Assembly (NCBI GenBank): GCA_964552335.1
Contig: CAZKGC010000001.1
Span: 1-27,809, forward strand
DNA: 27,809 bases
Direction of reading: 5' to 3'
Source of the DNA: Candidatus Hadarchaeota archaeon
GTDB lineage: Archaea > Hadarchaeota > Hadarchaeia > Hadarchaeales > Hadarchaeaceae
Shown here: in pieces, positions 24,300-27,809 of the stretch
Position numbering within the stretch: position 1 is the first letter of the stretch
Layout of the letters: every line of letters starts with the position of its first letter
Translations under genes and position numbers: made by a program
The notes under the pieces: generated by a model
What the model was told of the DNA's origin: nothing
Seen by the model: the letters and a program-made list of their open reading frames with translations, nothing else
The model's database searches: none

Positions 24300-26075
24300 T
24301 TACGCGAGCACCCAGAGGGAGAAGACCAAATACGCCAGTACCATCATCGCTACAGAGTGTTTTAACCCCGCCCAGACATCGCCCGATCCGAGCTGCCCCG
24401 CGACCAGACCGGCGCAGAAACCCTGAATCAGTGAGGCATGGAACAGGAGACGCTTGACCTCCTCCTGTGGTAAACCGGGTGTTATCGGCATGCCGGGAGC
24501 AGGAGCGGCCCCGCCTGGAAGTATCTGGAGCATGTAGGTGGATATCATGCCGGCCGTGAAGAGAAACATGACAAACGACATGTACACGATCACGACGTAT
24601 GTTGTCATCGTTCCTCGTCTCTCATGTTTCAGGGACCTTGCTGTTGAGGCGTCGAGGGCCAAGATGTCTACAACGTCGCTTATCTCCCCGCTCGCCTCCA
24701 TCGCCTTTTTCATCACTCCAACCGACCTCGATACCATCGCGCTCCTAACCCTATCGTCAAAACTCGACATCGCTTCAGAGGTTGATGCCCCCCATTCCAT
24801 CTCCCCGCTCATCTTCCTCAACTCGGAGCTGAGTGGGCCAAGCTCAGATGCGGATGCCGACTTGATGGCCCGGGCGGGGGTGAGACCTGAAGCTATCGAG
24901 CTGGAGAGGCTGGTGAGAAAATCTGGAAAAGACTCCTCGATCTTCCCTGTTCTCCTCACCTTTATCTCGTAGAGGACAACGAATGGCAGAGTGGAAATAA
25001 GGACGACGAAAAATGCTGTCGATTCACTGAATCGCCCCCAAGAAACTTGGGCCAGCAAGAAGACGATGGCGATGGGAAGGCTCACCAAGAAAATGTGAGA
25101 TGGGGCTGTGCGCAAGGCCTGCAGGAGCTTTTTGAATGCCCTAGAAAATCTGCCTCTCTCAAACGCCTTCGCCAGCTCACTTTTCTCTTTGCCCTTCGGC
25201 TTTCCCTCTTTCTCCTTCGCGCGCTTTACTACGACGGGAAAACCTGAAAACCTTGAGACGAGAACGACGAAAAAGGAGGTGCCGAGGGGAATAAGGAGAT
25301 AGATGAGGAGATAGAGAGGAACAGTGTAAAACGTGCCGATTATCCCAAACAGGATCAACATTATCACCGCCAGCAGGGGGCCTAGCCCGAGTATGATAAC
25401 GTAGAACTCCGCCATGAGACCAAGACCCTCCAGCGATCGTCTCTGCCCGGCGCCGGACTCTGCATAAAACTGTCTGGACTTGCTCTCTAGATATTTCGCC
25501 ACATCGCCTCCGGTGATCATGGTGGAAGCGAGAAGTTCCAAAAAATTCCTGAATTTCTCTGAGGGTGTGGTGCGCGCGACCTCCCTGACCGCCGATATTG
25601 GGTCATGACTGAGGTACTCGACACTCCTGACCACCGCCCTCGCCTCCCTCGCCATCTCCCCCTGAGACTCGTCCTCGCCCATCGACCTGAATATATCCGT
25701 CACTTCTCCTCCGCCTTTGCTGAGCGCGTACATGTAGGACACGGAGTGAGGAAGCATGCTCTCTATCTGCGCCTTCCTCGCGCTCGATATCGCGCCCAAG
25801 TACAGGAGGAATGCACGGTAACTCATGTATCCAAATGCAAGCGCCATGAGGAGTACAACGGCGATGGAGTACATCAGCTCCAGACCGATCCAACTTGAAA
25901 TGAGATATCCCCCTGCTCCAGTGAGAGCCGCTATTATGGCCGAAGAGGATACAGCAATGGAGAGATATCTCCTCGGAGAAATATCCTTCCTCGCCCGCAG
26001 GAGTGCCATCTGAAGGTTCTGGTACCTCTTGCCCTTCAGGAACCTCTCGATGATTTTTGCCACGTCGCTCCCCAA
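24300..26075 (-). CDS. Type IV pilus/T2SS-F family membrane platform protein (two T2SSF domains, FlaJ/TadBC-like)
   Basis: Two cytoplasmic domains (IESMLPHSVSYM..LSKGG; IEESFPDFL..LSSSIASG) each followed by TM helices, and C-terminal GLVAGQL..G....GLKH. Directly after the ATPase. Confidence 0.88.
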   Translation of the reverse strand: MGSDVAKIIERFLKGKRYQNLQMALLRARKDISPRRYLSIAVSSSAIIAALTGAGGYLISSWIGLELMYSIAVVLLMALAFGYMSYRAFLLYLGAISSARKAQIESMLPHSVSYMYALSKGGGEVTDIFRSMGEDESQGEMAREARAVVRSVEYLSHDPISAVREVARTTPSEKFRNFLELLASTMITGGDVAKYLESKSRQFYAESGAGQRRSLEGLGLMAEFYVIILGLGPLLAVIMLILFGIIGTFYTVPLYLLIYLLIPLGTSFFVVLVSRFSGFPVVVKRAKEKEGKPKGKEKSELAKAFERGRFSRAFKKLLQALRTAPSHIFLVSLPIAIVFLLAQVSWGRFSESTAFFVVLISTLPFVVLYEIKVRRTGKIEESFPDFLTSLSSSIASGLTPARAIKSASASELGPLSSELRKMSGEMEWGASTSEAMSSFDDRVRSAMVSRSVGVMKKAMEASGEISDVVDILALDASTARSLKHERRGTMTTYVVIVYMSFVMFLFTAGMISTYMLQILPGGAAPAPGMPITPGLPQEEVKRLLFHASLIQGFCAGLVAGQLGSGDVWAGLKHSVAMMVLAYLVFSLWVLA

Positions 26076-26076
26076 A

Positions 26077-27780
26077 TCAGCCGATCATCTTGAGTGCCTT
26101 GTCGGGGTTGTAGTAGTACATGTTGATCAAGGTGGCAACATCCTTAGGGGAAGTGATGTTGTTCTCGACCATGTACCTGAGGATTTTCTCCCTGTTCTCC
26201 ATCTCCCTGCTGACCTTGTCCCCGCCCCAGCCCCTCTCGCTCATTATCTCCACGAGTACATGTGACTCGCCTGTTTTCCTGAAGGAGTCCGATGCCGGAT
26301 CCCATTCAAACGGCCTGTTTATCGTCGTCTCCCCCTTAGCTGAATCCAAGCCAACGATTTCGATGACGCTCTCGTTCCTCCTTACCCTCTCTTTTCCCAC
26401 ATAAGTGAGAATTTGCATACACACCACGTCGAGGGAGATCAGCATCGAATGGGGCAGATTTACCGGTTCTCCCTCGAGCCGGTTGATGGCCTCCTGAAGG
26501 CTCCCGGCGTGCATCGTCGAGTAAACAGCATGGCCAGTGCTCATGGCTTGGAACATCGTCAGGGCCTCAACCCCCCTCACCTCACCGACTATCATGCACT
26601 CGGGCCTTTGCCTCAGCGCTTGGCGCAAGAGATCGTACATGTCGATCTTCGCCTCCCCTGGGGCCTCACGTGTGAGGCTTGGAAGCCAGTTTTCCTGATA
26701 GAGCGATAACTCCCTCGTGTCCTCGATTGTAACTATCTTTGCACTCGGAGGCACGAAGAAAGCTAGAGCATTCAGGGCTGAGGTCTTACCCGAAGCCGTG
26801 CCGCCTATTACCAGCATACTCTTGCGGTTCTCGATAGCCAGCCAGAGGTACGCCAGCATCTCTAGGCTGAAGGTGTTATATCTGATGAGGTCGACCGGCG
26901 TGAAGGCCTTGCCCAAAAATTTTCGGATGGAGAACGAACTCCCCTTGGTCGTCACCTCGCTGCCGAGCGTGAGCTGGGCCCTAGAGCCATCTGGAAGCGT
27001 GGCCTCGATGAGCGGCTTTGCGAGCGATATGTGCTTTCCACACCTCTCGGCGAGCCTGATGATGAACTGATCCAGCTCCTCCTTTAAGAGCTTGACATCG
27101 GTTTTGATGTTGTAATACTTTCTGTGGTAGAGAAAGATTGGGATATCAGCCCCATCGCAGGAGATATCCTCTATAGACCCATCCTTGAGCAATGCGTCTA
27201 TTTTGTAGTAGCCAATGCTGTCCCTTTTGAGATAGTACAACATTCGATGAATGGCGATTTGATCGGTTATCCCGTGCTCCTTTAAAATATCCGAAAATTT
27301 CTCCGTCAGAACCTCATCTTTTTTCTCTGTTACTTTCTCGTATGGCAACCTCACCCTCAGCTCGTCTTGGACTTTTTTCAGCACATCATTCTCGGCTGGG
27401 GTCAATTCGGGTTCAACTAGGTGGTACAGGTATTCGTTCGTCTCGGCGTTAACGAGGATCACAGCGAAGGTGAAGGGCTTTTCTATCCAACCTCTCTCCA
27501 CCTCTTTATATCCCTCCATCCCGCTGAAAGAGAGAAGAGGACCGAATTTCTTTGAATCGTATTCTCCTATTTTCACCTCTTCCTCGATGCCCGTTATCTC
27601 CCCTTCGATGGTGGGCTCTATCTTCGCGAACTCGCGGCGGAACTCCTCTAACTCCTCGTCGGCTTCAAACTCCTCTATTTTGGGCTTCTCCAATTTTTTC
27701 CGAAGCTCCGCTAACGCACTTTCGTCACCCAGCATACTTGGAAGAGCTTCTTTTTTGCGGGATTTCTCTCCTTTTTTCAT
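26077..27780 (-). CDS. Type II/IV secretion system / pilus assembly ATPase (FlaI/VirB11/PilB-like)
   Basis: IEDISCDG, Walker A GGTASGKT, Asp box IEDTREL, ALRQRP, Walker B IVGEVRG, His box STMHA. Confidence 0.93.
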   Translation of the reverse strand: MKKGEKSRKKEALPSMLGDESALAELRKKLEKPKIEEFEADEELEEFRREFAKIEPTIEGEITGIEEEVKIGEYDSKKFGPLLSFSGMEGYKEVERGWIEKPFTFAVILVNAETNEYLYHLVEPELTPAENDVLKKVQDELRVRLPYEKVTEKKDEVLTEKFSDILKEHGITDQIAIHRMLYYLKRDSIGYYKIDALLKDGSIEDISCDGADIPIFLYHRKYYNIKTDVKLLKEELDQFIIRLAERCGKHISLAKPLIEATLPDGSRAQLTLGSEVTTKGSSFSIRKFLGKAFTPVDLIRYNTFSLEMLAYLWLAIENRKSMLVIGGTASGKTSALNALAFFVPPSAKIVTIEDTRELSLYQENWLPSLTREAPGEAKIDMYDLLRQALRQRPECMIVGEVRGVEALTMFQAMSTGHAVYSTMHAGSLQEAINRLEGEPVNLPHSMLISLDVVCMQILTYVGKERVRRNESVIEIVGLDSAKGETTINRPFEWDPASDSFRKTGESHVLVEIMSERGWGGDKVSREMENREKILRYMVENNITSPKDVATLINMYYYNPDKALKMIG

Positions 27781-27809
27781 ATAGTACCAATATAAACTAA
27801 ATCCTCAAC

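Overview
Archaeal chromosomal window, densely coding, with GGTGA/GGAGG ribosome-binding sites and TATA/BRE promoters. The lineage cannot be fixed from sequence alone. Left to right: partial hisS; an unusual 1128-aa AglB/STT3 oligosaccharyltransferase with four C-terminal Ig/FN3-like repeats and QWSFG in place of WWDYG; a small two-TM protein; an mre11-rad50-[minimal protein-kinase-like gene] operon divergent from rfcL plus a coupled orphan SPPY-type DNA methyltransferase; a housekeeping block (EncFtn-like ferritin, aldo/keto reductase, nitroreductase, DUF998-like, M48-like, HAD, DUF89, rhomboid); a eukaryote-like DNA topoisomerase IB; a ~205-nt intergenic segment that folds into a closed multibranch RNA with its own promoter and T-run; glnA; and a type IV pilus locus (pilin, 958-aa pilin-like adhesin with nested domain insertions, membrane platform, ATPase). 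The strongest leads are the candidate ncRNA, the kinase appended to mre11-rad50, the nested adhesin with a compositionally foreign cassette, and the deviant AglB. All family calls come from motif recognition by eye; no searches or folding programs were run.
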